Shown here: piece after piece, positions 21,716 through 31,559 of the stretch
Layout of the letters: the number at the start of each line of letters is the position of its first letter
Numbering within the stretch: the first letter of the stretch is position 1
Notes under the pieces: model-generated
Told to the model about the DNA's origin: nothing
Databases searched by the model: none
The model's input: the letters and a program-made list of their open reading frames with translations, nothing else
Origin: Vulcanisaeta sp. AZ3
GTDB lineage: Archaea > Thermoproteota > Thermoprotei > Thermoproteales > Thermocladiaceae
DNA: 64,000 nucleotides
Direction: 5' to 3'
NCBI GenBank assembly: GCA_000960865.2
Contig: JZWU02000004.1
Coordinates: 10,200 to 74,199 of the forward strand
Position numbers and translations under genes: made by a program

Positions 21716-22762
21716 TTATTGCGGGTATTGCTGTGTCCCGTAGTATTGTGATGTGTAGTATTGTTGTGGATAATAATAGTTTTGCGTTGTTTGTTTACCG
21801 CAATAATAACTTCTGTAATAATTAAGTGTTGTTTCATCGTTCAAGGGCCCTATTATGTATATGCCGCTGGGTCCAATTTCGTAGATCAATTTTATAGGCC
21901 TAATTGGCATCCACCTCATTTTTCTAATGAACATAACTCTCATTAGGCATCCAATGTCATTGTTGGCCAGGCTTAACTCCTTGAGAGAGAGCATAATGAC
22001 TCCACTGGCTAGGTACTCCTCAACACCAAATCTGCTTAATTTATTCTCCTCGCCTGTAGGTATTTCTGACGTCATTATTGTCGTGACATCCTTAAGCTTC
22101 TTAAGCTGAAACACAAGCTCCCTGAGATATTCCCTTATCCAAATTACGTCTTGATGGCTCATTATTATTAATGGTGCTATCGGGTCTATGACCAGTCTCT
22201 TTACATTGTACTTTTTCACTTGCTCAATAATCATCTTAGCTAGATCTCTCGGGTTAAGGGTTATCTTCTCGTCACGGGCATAGACACTGAAGTACGTTCT
22301 GAAGTCAGCCAGAACTAACTTACTGCTTCTCTCATAGGTATCTAGGTCCCAGCCAAGTGCGTCACGGACACCGTTCTTAACATCCTCAGAGGGTTCATCA
22401 ACAGTTACGTACATGCCAACTTCATCTGAATCCGCTCCGGTTCTTAGGAAGGTTAGGCTGAATATTGTCTTTCCAGTACCGGCCTCGCCAGCTATCAAGT
22501 AAACCTCTCCCTTCTTAAATCCACCACCGAGCACGTACGTATCTAAATAATTAATGCCAGTTAATGCCTTATCCTCATAGTAATAGTAATAATATGGGTA
22601 TTGGCCCTGGGGATACTGCATTGTTTGAGTAGGGCTTTGAGTATCATATTGGTATTGATAGTATGCCGTTGTATCATAATTATAATAATTATTCGATGCA
22701 TAATTAGTATAATTGGTGTAGGAATCCTGGTTAGTCTCATAATCTCTCCTTATTGGTTTCAT
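21716..22762 (-). CDS. KaiC/RAD55-family RecA-superfamily ATPase with Tyr/Gln/Asn-rich N- and C-terminal tails (likely ATG at 22762)
   Basis: TGINYLD…GG, GEAGTGKT, RLVIDPI, EEYLASGVI, IRKMR. Confidence 0.88.
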   Translation of the reverse strand: MKPIRRDYETNQDSYTNYTNYASNNYYNYDTTAYYQYQYDTQSPTQTMQYPQGQYPYYYYYYEDKALTGINYLDTYVLGGGFKKGEVYLIAGEAGTGKTIFSLTFLRTGADSDEVGMYVTVDEPSEDVKNGVRDALGWDLDTYERSSKLVLADFRTYFSVYARDEKITLNPRDLAKMIIEQVKKYNVKRLVIDPIAPLIIMSHQDVIWIREYLRELVFQLKKLKDVTTIMTSEIPTGEENKLSRFGVEEYLASGVIMLSLKELSLANNDIGCLMRVMFIRKMRWMPIRPIKLIYEIGPSGIYIIGPLNDETTLNYYRSYYCGKQTTQNYYYPQQYYTSQYYGTQQYPQ

Positions 22763-22813
22763 ATTACTCGTCAATAGTAATAAAGGCACTATATATATGT
22801 TGCGTTCCCTTAA

Positions 22814-24400
22814 TCATTCTCTGGGCTTAACCTTAAGTTGAACATTGAACTTCCTACCAATGCTCTCGAGCTTAGGTAAACCCTTAGATATGACCACACC
22901 AATATAAGCATTAGGCACTTGAATTACTATTGAGCCGTCCTCGCCTCTAACAATTGTGACTTCCTCAGGAGGTACATACTTCCTCAAAATCCTAATAATC
23001 CTACTCAACAACCTCTTATCACTCACTGCGCGTTCAACTCTACGGGCCTTACCAATGGGTGTTACGAAAATCTCCTCACCGAACACGTAAATTTCGTACT
23101 CAACAGTATTACTTATGAAATCCTTAACAATAACAACAGGCCTTGCAAGATCCTCCTCGCTCATACCCTCAGGAACCTTCACCGTAAGTTCTAAACTATA
23201 TACCTTCTGAACCTCGCCATCTCTCATGAAGAGTACTGTGTCTATTATTGAGGGGAGCATGCCAAGTTCGGTCCTACCTATGAATCTCTGGATTGCGTCT
23301 ATTGGGTTTGTTGCATGTACAACACCAACCATACCAACGCCAGCGAGCCTAAGGTCTATGTACAACTGAAAGTCAGCCGTATCTCTCATTTCATCAAATA
23401 TTGTGAAGTCTGGTCTAGATAGTAATAGGAGATCGTGAATCTCCTCGGAGGATGCGTAAGTCTTTGAGATTTGCGTGACCTCATTGGGCAGTATCATATC
23501 TCTAGGAGACTCCACGGTCTTAACTATTCTACCAAGGTTCATGTAATACTCAGCTAATGCCTGCGCAAATGTTGTCTTACCAGCACCAGGTGGCCCCGCT
23601 ATAAGTATTCCCTCAGCCTGCTTACTAAGCCTCTCAAGAACCCCAGGATGTAGCGAATATTCCTCCAACCTTCTCTTAATCAGTGGCCTAACGGCAGTTA
23701 TCTCAATTCCATCAGAAACGGGAGGTAATGCAATGACTATTCTGTACTCACCGTGCTGAATTATTAACGAATTCTCTCTCTTAATCTCAACCCTAGTATT
23801 ACTATCTGCCTTCAATGATGCAGATATTAATTCCCTAACCATCCTTTCCAAATACTCTCTACTCAATGGTTTAGTACCAAGAGGCACTAACTGCCAATTA
23901 CCTGGCCTCCCTTTCTTGGCGTAGGGTATTGATCCCTCCTTAAGGTGAATTGACATAGTGTCTTGGTCAAAAAATCTCTCGATCTCTAGTGCTTCCTTGT
24001 GCTGGCCTATGAAAAGTGTCTCTACACCCATTGCCTTAGCTATTTCTAGGTTCATCTCATCGCTAGTAATTAGGGTAGCCCCTAATTCCCTAGCCATTTC
24101 TCTAACCACTTCATCGACAGTATGTTGATCGAGTCTCATTATTGATTTAGGAATTATTGATACGTATTCTATGGTCGTACCCTCAGAATTAAACCTACTA
24201 ATGGGTTCCGTGATATTATTTAATTCTCTAATACCTAACCAACCCAGAGCACCACCAGCCCTAGCCTCACTTTCAAATCTCCTAATAATCTCTGTATGAA
24301 CAAGAATTCTACCCCTAATGCTACCCTTCAATATGGCCTCTTTCAAACTACCATCCAAGAAAACCGAGGTATCAGGCACGTACACATTACTTACCTGCAT
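22814..24400 (-). CDS. PINA-type ATPase (PIN + VirB11-like ATPase + KH); likely ATG at 24400
   Basis: VPDTS PIN start, GPPGAGKTT, ESPRD, RPDFTIFDEMR, GVVHA, C-terminal KH-like domain; GGAGGA upstream of the ATG. Confidence 0.9.
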   Translation of the reverse strand: MQVSNVYVPDTSVFLDGSLKEAILKGSIRGRILVHTEIIRRFESEARAGGALGWLGIRELNNITEPISRFNSEGTTIEYVSIIPKSIMRLDQHTVDEVVREMARELGATLITSDEMNLEIAKAMGVETLFIGQHKEALEIERFFDQDTMSIHLKEGSIPYAKKGRPGNWQLVPLGTKPLSREYLERMVRELISASLKADSNTRVEIKRENSLIIQHGEYRIVIALPPVSDGIEITAVRPLIKRRLEEYSLHPGVLERLSKQAEGILIAGPPGAGKTTFAQALAEYYMNLGRIVKTVESPRDMILPNEVTQISKTYASSEEIHDLLLLSRPDFTIFDEMRDTADFQLYIDLRLAGVGMVGVVHATNPIDAIQRFIGRTELGMLPSIIDTVLFMRDGEVQKVYSLELTVKVPEGMSEEDLARPVVIVKDFISNTVEYEIYVFGEEIFVTPIGKARRVERAVSDKRLLSRIIRILRKYVPPEEVTIVRGEDGSIVIQVPNAYIGVVISKGLPKLESIGRKFNVQLKVKPRE

Positions 24401-24460
24401 TCCTCCAATCGCTAATTGGATCGAAGCTAACACCTTAATAAACACTTTTGTTCGTTATGG

Positions 24461-25450
24461 CTAATCCTCAATAACCTTAGCACCTTCTGAGTCCAGGCTG
24501 GCCTTTATAACGGAACCGCCAACAAGCTCCACAGCCCTCTCAACCTCAGGCTTATTTGATAGAGCGATCATGCATCCACCACCGCCCGCACCAGTTAGCT
24601 TAGAACCAAGGGCACCGGCATGTCTCGCCGCATATACAAGCTCACTCAATTGCCTATTAGATACACCCAATGCCTCGAGTAAGCCTTGATTTACATTCAT
24701 CAACACACCCATTAACTCTAAATCACCCTTCTCCAATGCTTCCCTACCCTTCCTCGTAATGATACCAATAGTCTTAATTATCGGCTCAATAACATCTCTC
24801 ATCTCTTCATACCTTCTCTTAACCATGGCTACCAATTCCTTAGTCGTACTGACCCTAGGTACATACCCAATGATTAGGGGTATCTCTGTACCAGGCCTTA
24901 CAGGGTCCATAGTTGTATTGTCTCCATCAGGCTTTACATACATTATACCGCCGAAGGTAGCCATTGTCGTATCCGTAGGACTTGCAGCGCCTTGAACATC
25001 TCTTTCCACTCTCCAAGCAAGGCTCGCTAAATCCCTCTTATCAATTTCATACCCTAGCTCCCTGATGTAAGAGAGTAGTGTTGCCACGGCCACCGCAGCA
25101 GAAGTCCCTAGACCAGCACCCACTGGCATCTCTGATTTTATGATTAAGTCAACACCCACTCTCTTATCTACATAATCCATTGCTAATTCAACAGCCCTCT
25201 TAACATAACTTAAAGCCGATATCACAGCACCATAGTCAGTCCTTGCGGTGATATTACCATCCTCTTGAATAGTTACTGAAATGCCCACAAGCCTAAGGTC
25301 TCTGGCATTTATGTTTACCTTACCATCGCTCCTAGCCTTGGCCGTTACATATACGTACTTATTAATAGCCATTGCCAGGGCAGGTTCTCCATATACAACA
25401 GCATGTTCGCCATACAATATTACTTTACCCGGCGCCCTAACGGTAACCAC
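24461..25450 (-). CDS. mvk: Mevalonate kinase
   Basis: APGKVILYGEHAVVYG, PVGAGLGTSAA, KLTGAGGGGC. Confidence 0.95.
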   Translation of the reverse strand: MVTVRAPGKVILYGEHAVVYGEPALAMAINKYVYVTAKARSDGKVNINARDLRLVGISVTIQEDGNITARTDYGAVISALSYVKRAVELAMDYVDKRVGVDLIIKSEMPVGAGLGTSAAVAVATLLSYIRELGYEIDKRDLASLAWRVERDVQGAASPTDTTMATFGGIMYVKPDGDNTTMDPVRPGTEIPLIIGYVPRVSTTKELVAMVKRRYEEMRDVIEPIIKTIGIITRKGREALEKGDLELMGVLMNVNQGLLEALGVSNRQLSELVYAARHAGALGSKLTGAGGGGCMIALSNKPEVERAVELVGGSVIKASLDSEGAKVIED

Positions 25451-25541
25451 ACAAGTGGAAATTAGGGATTAGGAATTAAGCCTTTCCATTCATAATATTA
25501 GTAAACTCATGCTTGAACTAATTATTTGTCAGTGATTTTCC

Positions 25542-26720
25542 TTATATATGCAGAATTAAAATCATCAATGAAAGGATTAAGGGTGTTAAGAAGAGTGTAT
25601 ATGTACTAATACTATATAAGGCGCCGGATAAGTATCCACCTATTATTTGACCAACTAATTGAAATACAATAAAGAAGCTAAACCCATAACCTCTTCTATC
25701 AATCTTAACTAACCTCCCAAGCCCACTCTGTAACTCAGTCATTATTAATTGAGATCCGACTTGAAGTAATATGAGGTAAAACATGGCCGTTAATACGTTC
25801 TCAAAGAGGCCCACAGCGCTACCTAAAATATTAATTACAGAACCTAGTAACATCAGCCATCTTCTTAATCTATCAACGTAAAACGTCAGTAATATACCAA
25901 TGACTATGTAAGCTGCATAGGATACAGAGACAAAGTACCCCCAATAAACCGTACTTAACCCCAACCTATAAACCGCAAATACTGAAAGCAATGTATTAGC
26001 CGGCATTACGGATATCGTCAGTAATAATGCAATAATGTATATTCTCACAACATCATTGGGTAAGTTAACTATATCACTGAGAGAATAGTAAGAATGCAGT
26101 ACCTCTCTAAACGAAATCTTCTCATTGTTATTCCTTAGCGTTTCCTTTAAGGTAAATTGCCTAATCACAGCCACGGCTATGGATATAAATGCTGAGATTA
26201 TGTATGCCAGCCTAATACCTAGTAAACCATACTTATTAATCAAGAGACCCCCAATGGGTGGTAGTATCAACCAAGGTATTTGTGGTAATACTGAGGTTAT
26301 TAGGATACCGCTTGCATATCGTTCTTGTGGTAATGAATCAATTATTATTGCAGATAGAGCTGGTTGGTAGAAGGCGGCAGCCATGTTTATTGCATATATT
26401 GCAATTAATGACTGCCAATTCGGCGCAATTGCCATTAGGAATGAAGTTATAGTGATTAACCATGTACCAATGACTATTGACTTCCTACGGCCAATGGTAT
26501 CTGTTAAATAACCTCCAGGTATTATCGTCATTAACTGTGCCGAAATTGCTATGGAATAGGTAATACCAATCTCAACAGAGTTTGCGCCAAGCATCTTCAT
26601 GTAGATTGATAGATAAGGCATTGTTATGGCATTACCAATACCATAAAGCAACCAAGTGAGTAATAATACTCCAACATTCCCAGTTATATAATACTTAATA
26701 TTATTTCTCAGACTCCGCAA
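25542..26720 (-). CDS. MFS transporter
   Basis: About 12 TM helices; motif A GYLTDTIGRR. Confidence 0.9.
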   Translation of the reverse strand: MRSLRNNIKYYITGNVGVLLLTWLLYGIGNAITMPYLSIYMKMLGANSVEIGITYSIAISAQLMTIIPGGYLTDTIGRRKSIVIGTWLITITSFLMAIAPNWQSLIAIYAINMAAAFYQPALSAIIIDSLPQERYASGILITSVLPQIPWLILPPIGGLLINKYGLLGIRLAYIISAFISIAVAVIRQFTLKETLRNNNEKISFREVLHSYYSLSDIVNLPNDVVRIYIIALLLTISVMPANTLLSVFAVYRLGLSTVYWGYFVSVSYAAYIVIGILLTFYVDRLRRWLMLLGSVINILGSAVGLFENVLTAMFYLILLQVGSQLIMTELQSGLGRLVKIDRRGYGFSFFIVFQLVGQIIGGYLSGALYSISTYTLFLTPLILSLMILILHI

Positions 26721-26765
26721 ATGATAGCACCACCAGGTTATTTCTGTACTGCATTTTAAGCTTAA

Positions 26766-26813
26766 TCAGCGACTCTACTTTCATCACTGGTCAAGAGACC
26801 GTCGACTCATCAC
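26766..26813 (-). ncRNA. C/D-box sRNA (2'-O-methylation guide)
   Basis: Minus strand GTGATGA(C)-GTCGACGGTCTC-TTGA(D')-CCA-GTGATGA(C')-AAGTAGAGTCG-CTGA(D); intergenic; TATA-like TTTTTAAG about 25 nt upstream. Confidence 0.88.
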
Positions 26814-26852
26814 TCATGGAAATAATTAGCAGAAATGACTTAAAAAGTTATG

Positions 26853-28388
26853 TTAAGTTGATTTATACCTGACGATAGCACCCCTCGTACACACTAATTG
26901 GCATATACCACAACCAACGCACTTGCTTACATTTATTACAGGATTGCTATCCATGTATATTGCTGGACAATTAATCCTTAAGCAATCACCACAATTATCG
27001 CAATAATCATTAATAACCCTATAAACATACCTAACTGTTGAACCAACCACGTTCATCACTATAACCCCCTTGGTATTAATAATACTTAGTAATTCTGCCA
27101 GGGAGTTTAGAGGGTCTTCCTCGTTATAATTAATGGTCTTAAAGTCAATGTTAAGCTTAGAGAGTATGTTGAGGGCCTCCTTGCAATTATCGCCTATGAT
27201 GAGTATGATCAATAAATAATTAGTGTTGCGGTAGTTTATTATCTCCTTAAGTAGGTCTTGATACATAATTAGTGTGCATGGGTTTATTATTGCTATACTC
27301 CTACCATAACTATACCCAGCCTTACTTATTGCCAATATTGCAGCTAGCGGATTAGTCACTAAATCTATGGCTTGATCGTAATTGTTTGGTTCGAAGTAAG
27401 TTAGTAGTATATCAAAGCTTGGTAATAAACCCTCCTTACTCACTAGGTGCGTGTATGTTGTGTCTAGAACTACAAGGGGCACTTCACCATGTCTTACGTA
27501 CTTTGATATTAACCATTCAATGAGCATTAATGGGTCTCCTGGGCTTCGAAAAAAGAGTTCCTGCTTTAGTCTCATTATTAATTCATTGTATTGATTAGTA
27601 ACATCATTAATCATGAGCCTAGTAATACCAAGCCTACTAGCTAGGTAATCATTGATGTCAACTACGTATTTAGCATTAATGGAATCCTTGGGTATGGGAT
27701 TAACGTAGAGAGTTCTTACTAATGCGTAATTCACGAGTTCACTAATCCTTCCCTTAATTAGAGACCAGGCAGAACCAGAAAATAAGACTCCATCGCCACT
27801 ACCCATTGTAACTATGGTATCCTTAGCCCTAATCACGGCATCCTTCGGCAGTTCCCTCGCTTGGTAACTCAGTAATCGATCTAACCCCCACCGCATTGGT
27901 TCACCCCAGTTCTTATTGAATGTAGGTTCTCTGCGTCTAATGCCAAAGCCCTTAACCCCATCATTGATGGTTATCCAAGGTCCTAGCCTGATAATGTATG
28001 GTGTTTCGAGGGTCTCACTATAATCTCTACCTTCTCTAGTCGCCGTTAATAAGCTCTCGGAATCCCAGGGTTCAAGGCAAGGAATACCCATTAGCTCACA
28101 GAATGGCCTCACGTCCCCTAGATCATATACATAAATCACAATGGAGCCTCTAACTCTAACTGTGTTTAGGGCACCTAATGAGTTAAGGAAGCCTACGTCG
28201 TCGGTGAGAATCGCAGTGCTTCTAAACATGCTTGATAATACTTCAGTCTCATGAACTGCTTCTTCAGGTCTTACCTTAATGTCGAATATCTTATTCATTA
28301 TGAGGGAGCCTGTAATCACTAAATCATCGAATGAATCCTTAAGCACATCAGCAATACGCCTTATGGTGCTCTTTGCATCGCTCACCAT
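26853..28388 (-). CDS. Divergent indolepyruvate:ferredoxin oxidoreductase alpha (IorA)-like protein with C-terminal 2x[4Fe-4S]
   Basis: C-terminal CDNCGDCLRINCPAI…CVGCGICQLVC; IPCLEPWD resembles the IorA P(V/C)LEP segment; canonical TPP and YPG motifs not recognisable. Confidence 0.65.
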   Translation of the reverse strand: MVSDAKSTIRRIADVLKDSFDDLVITGSLIMNKIFDIKVRPEEAVHETEVLSSMFRSTAILTDDVGFLNSLGALNTVRVRGSIVIYVYDLGDVRPFCELMGIPCLEPWDSESLLTATREGRDYSETLETPYIIRLGPWITINDGVKGFGIRRREPTFNKNWGEPMRWGLDRLLSYQARELPKDAVIRAKDTIVTMGSGDGVLFSGSAWSLIKGRISELVNYALVRTLYVNPIPKDSINAKYVVDINDYLASRLGITRLMINDVTNQYNELIMRLKQELFFRSPGDPLMLIEWLISKYVRHGEVPLVVLDTTYTHLVSKEGLLPSFDILLTYFEPNNYDQAIDLVTNPLAAILAISKAGYSYGRSIAIINPCTLIMYQDLLKEIINYRNTNYLLIILIIGDNCKEALNILSKLNIDFKTINYNEEDPLNSLAELLSIINTKGVIVMNVVGSTVRYVYRVINDYCDNCGDCLRINCPAIYMDSNPVINVSKCVGCGICQLVCTRGAIVRYKST

Positions 28389-28438
28389 GCCTTAATTATA
28401 TCATGACTTAAAAAGCCTTATTTATATGGCTCATGGCT

Positions 28439-29208
28439 CTAGGCAAGGCCAAGCTTACCCTCAATTCTAAGGTGCTTGTCGAATATTCTTAGTAACGCAT
28501 AGGTGATCATGAATAAGATTATCACAGTCGATATAGAGATTGTTAATTGGTACGTGATTGGTAATGGTATTTCCATATAACCAAGGGCTGACTCACGCAT
28601 AATCACGAATGGATAGGCAATGGGTGAATACTCATTTATTATAAGGAAATACTTGCTGGACTCGCTCGGTATTAATCCACCTAGTGCTGGCATTAGGAAC
28701 TGTATGATGTTAGTAACGACCCAGCTAGATCTAAGTTTAATTACAAGCATGGCATATACTGTGGATATGAAGAGTAACTGCAGCGACGCCAGTAATATGG
28801 ATAATACCAAAAGTACCCAATCATGAACCTCAATAACTACATTAAATATTAAGTAAAACTAAACATCAGCGCTAGCAGATCTAGGATAGTATACATGCTG
28901 TAAGCAAGGCCCCAACCAACCACATGCCCCAGCAAGCTACCCTTTACTGTCATTAAGTTCTCAAGGACCCCATTATAACCCTCCTCAATGATACCATGGC
29001 CAAAACCCCACAACCAGCTTGAGTATAGTGTGAAGGCATAAGCAGCCCATAGAAATAATTGTATAACCTGCTCGCTCAGTACCGTAACTCCAAAACCCCT
29101 AAGTGTTAATATGAAGAAGGCTAACCATAGGGGTGCCGTGAGTATATTAATCACTATGAGTAGTGGCCTAGAGAGTACAATGCGTAACCCCCTCCAAGCC
29201 TCAACCAC
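28439..29208 (-). CDS. ABC-2 type exporter permease, split by a -1 frameshift at 28855-28858
   Basis: ORFs 28849-29208 and 28439-28810 join as …MFSFYLIFNVVIEVHDWVLLVLS if one T is added to the T4 run; EEGYNGVLENL ABC-2 motif. Confidence 0.8.
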
Positions 29209-29212
29209 TAAC

Positions 29213-29986
29213 TCACTGAATACCCTTTCTCCTAAGGTCTCTCTCGAGGCTTGCGTATGAGGTCACCCCAAGTAGTAAATATATTATTACAGCAAGAACC
29301 ATACTAATTACCAGGGCAAGGTTTTCCTTACCCAAGATCTCCATATACATTGAATAGAAGGTCATGTACATAGGCAGGACGTAAACTAAATACTTAATCC
29401 AGAGGGGGAGTACATATGTCGGGTACGTAGTTCCAGAGAGTATTGTTAGGATCGGAGTTACTATATTCATTACTGAGTCCGCATCATTAAACCTCATGAC
29501 TAAACCTGCTATTATTAATCCAATACCGTAAAGAGGCATTAAGCCTATAAAAAGCAGAAGCAACGCTAATATTAACCTCTCCATACTAATTAATCCATAG
29601 CTTAGGTAAAGTACTGGTAGGGATGCTATGGTAAAGGCCCCAATATCAACAATAACCATGGTTAAGGAAGTACCTAACAAAACCACATACATACCAGTCG
29701 AAGTCATAAGTAAGTATTCAAGCCTACCACCATTCCTCTCCTCTGCAAGAAATCTAGCCCCCGTCTGAACCATTATTAATGATAATATGAGAACTTCAAA
29801 ACCAAGGAATTCCCTAATAAATATTAAATCAGTAACCCTAGAAAAGAAGGATGCTATGAAAGCCATGCCACCAGCTATGAAATAAGGCATTATAATAAGC
29901 AACACCAAACCACCAGGCTCTCTACTTATTATCCTAAGCTCATTAACCATAACGGCGTATAATACACTTAATTTACCTAACCTCAC
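29213..29986 (-). CDS. ABC-2 type exporter permease (likely GTG at 29986)
   Basis: EERNGGRLEYL motif, about 6 TM helices, overlaps the ATPase stop. Confidence 0.88.
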   Translation of the reverse strand: MRLGKLSVLYAVMVNELRIISREPGGLVLLIIMPYFIAGGMAFIASFFSRVTDLIFIREFLGFEVLILSLIMVQTGARFLAEERNGGRLEYLLMTSTGMYVVLLGTSLTMVIVDIGAFTIASLPVLYLSYGLISMERLILALLLLFIGLMPLYGIGLIIAGLVMRFNDADSVMNIVTPILTILSGTTYPTYVLPLWIKYLVYVLPMYMTFYSMYMEILGKENLALVISMVLAVIIYLLLGVTSYASLERDLRRKGIQ

Positions 29987-30908
29987 CGCTAACCACCCTA
30001 ACGAAGGCCTCCTCAAGGGAAGGCTCATTAACTCTAACCCTAACCACCTTAAATCCCCTGGCATCAGCCTCGTTCATTAACCTACGGAGTGAACCAGCAG
30101 GATCTGTAGTCTCCTCCTGTAGAGTTTCAACACGGCCATTGACTTGAACCTCGATCTCAACTAAGTACTTCAAACCAAGCGTGTCCTTTATGTCCTTTGG
30201 GGAACCCTCCACTATCATGGTTCCCTTACTTATTATACCAACGTAATCACATACCTCCTCAACCTCCCACAAGTTATGGCTAGTAAATAGTACGGCCTTA
30301 CCCTCCCTCTTCAATTCTCTCACTAACTGCCTTACTTCTCTAGCGGATATGGGATCTAACCCTATGGTTGGTTCATCTAAGAATAAGACGGGTGGATCAT
30401 GGATCAATGCCTTGGCTATCGCCAACCTAGCTCTCATACCAAGACTATACTCCTCATAAGGCCTATTCATGGCATCCTCAAGACCCACAATCTTCAACAA
30501 CTCCCTAGCTCTAGCCTCGGCATCAACTCTATTGAGTCCGTATAATCTGCCGAAGTAAACCAGGTTTTCATATCCGCTTAACCTTGAGTAAAAACCCTTA
30601 TCGGGGTATAGGACGGCTCCTATTAATTTTCTCACAGTTTGTGCTTCTTTAACTACATCGTGGCCGTCAATCAACGCATAACCACCGTCTGGAATGAGAA
30701 GTGTGGTTAGTATTTTGACAGTCGTTGTTTTACCAGCTCCATTCGGGCCGAGAAGACCATAAACCTCACCCCATCTAACGTTAAAGCTCACATGCTTCAA
30801 TGCTTCAATCATGATCTTCCTCTTCTTAAGGAAGCCAATACGTTCATAACTAATGAATGATTTCCTGAGATTGTGGGCTTCAACAGCTATGCTCACTGGA
30901 ATCAGCAC
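29973..30908 (-). CDS. ABC exporter ATP-binding subunit (DrrA/CcmA-like)
   Basis: GPNGAGKTT, YSLGM, LFLDEPT, TSH, C-terminal PSLEEAF. Confidence 0.95.
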   Translation of the reverse strand: MLIPVSIAVEAHNLRKSFISYERIGFLKKRKIMIEALKHVSFNVRWGEVYGLLGPNGAGKTTTVKILTTLLIPDGGYALIDGHDVVKEAQTVRKLIGAVLYPDKGFYSRLSGYENLVYFGRLYGLNRVDAEARARELLKIVGLEDAMNRPYEEYSLGMRARLAIAKALIHDPPVLFLDEPTIGLDPISAREVRQLVRELKREGKAVLFTSHNLWEVEEVCDYVGIISKGTMIVEGSPKDIKDTLGLKYLVEIEVQVNGRVETLQEETTDPAGSLRRLMNEADARGFKVVRVRVNEPSLEEAFVRVVSGEVR

Positions 30909-31007
30909 GTTAATGCTCAGACTTTTTAATAAGGTTTAATCATGCACCAATAACTTAACTACTCTTAATGGAAAGGTTTATTAATAGTTATAGTTTACGG
31001 GTGTTGA

Positions 31008-31520
31008 ATGAAGATACCTTTCTGCACCTTCTGCGTTAAGACCAGGGTATTTTGCAACAAGTGCCAATCCCTCCTAGACAGCGGAGAGTACTCTATGCTG
31101 GATGTTGATGTAAGCGACGCCCTACTGAACATAGCCACAGGGAAGATGGAGGAGACCTTGAGGAATGTGGAGTATGTAAAATCCTACGAAATTGGCAATC
31201 TAGTAATAGTAGTGCTTAGAGGTATAAGGGCGCTACCACGATCGATCATACAACAAGTTGAGTACGAGTTAGAAAGAGCCTTGAATAAAAAGGTGAGAGT
31301 TGTTGAGAAAGGGGTCAATGTTAACGAGCTTGCATCACAATTAGCATCGCCAGCTCGCATATTGACAACATCAACATCTTGGCTCCCTGATGGCACTACA
31401 GAAACCATAGTCAGGATAACTAGGGGTGAGCTTAAGAGATTGCCATTTAAACCAAGTGAGCTGGCCAGAATCCTTAGTCAAATTAGCGGCACAAATATTA
31501 GGGTTGAGATAACGAAATAA
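31008..31520 (+). CDS. NusA-like KH-domain protein with N-terminal Cys4 zinc finger
   Basis: CTFCVKTRVFCNKC followed by KH-like segments (KKVRVVE, WLPDG). Confidence 0.75.
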   Translation: MKIPFCTFCVKTRVFCNKCQSLLDSGEYSMLDVDVSDALLNIATGKMEETLRNVEYVKSYEIGNLVIVVLRGIRALPRSIIQQVEYELERALNKKVRVVEKGVNVNELASQLASPARILTTSTSWLPDGTTETIVRITRGELKRLPFKPSELARILSQISGTNIRVEITK

Positions 31521-31559
31521 TAGCAATTCTTAAATTCTCCTCAGCCTTAATGAGCTATC

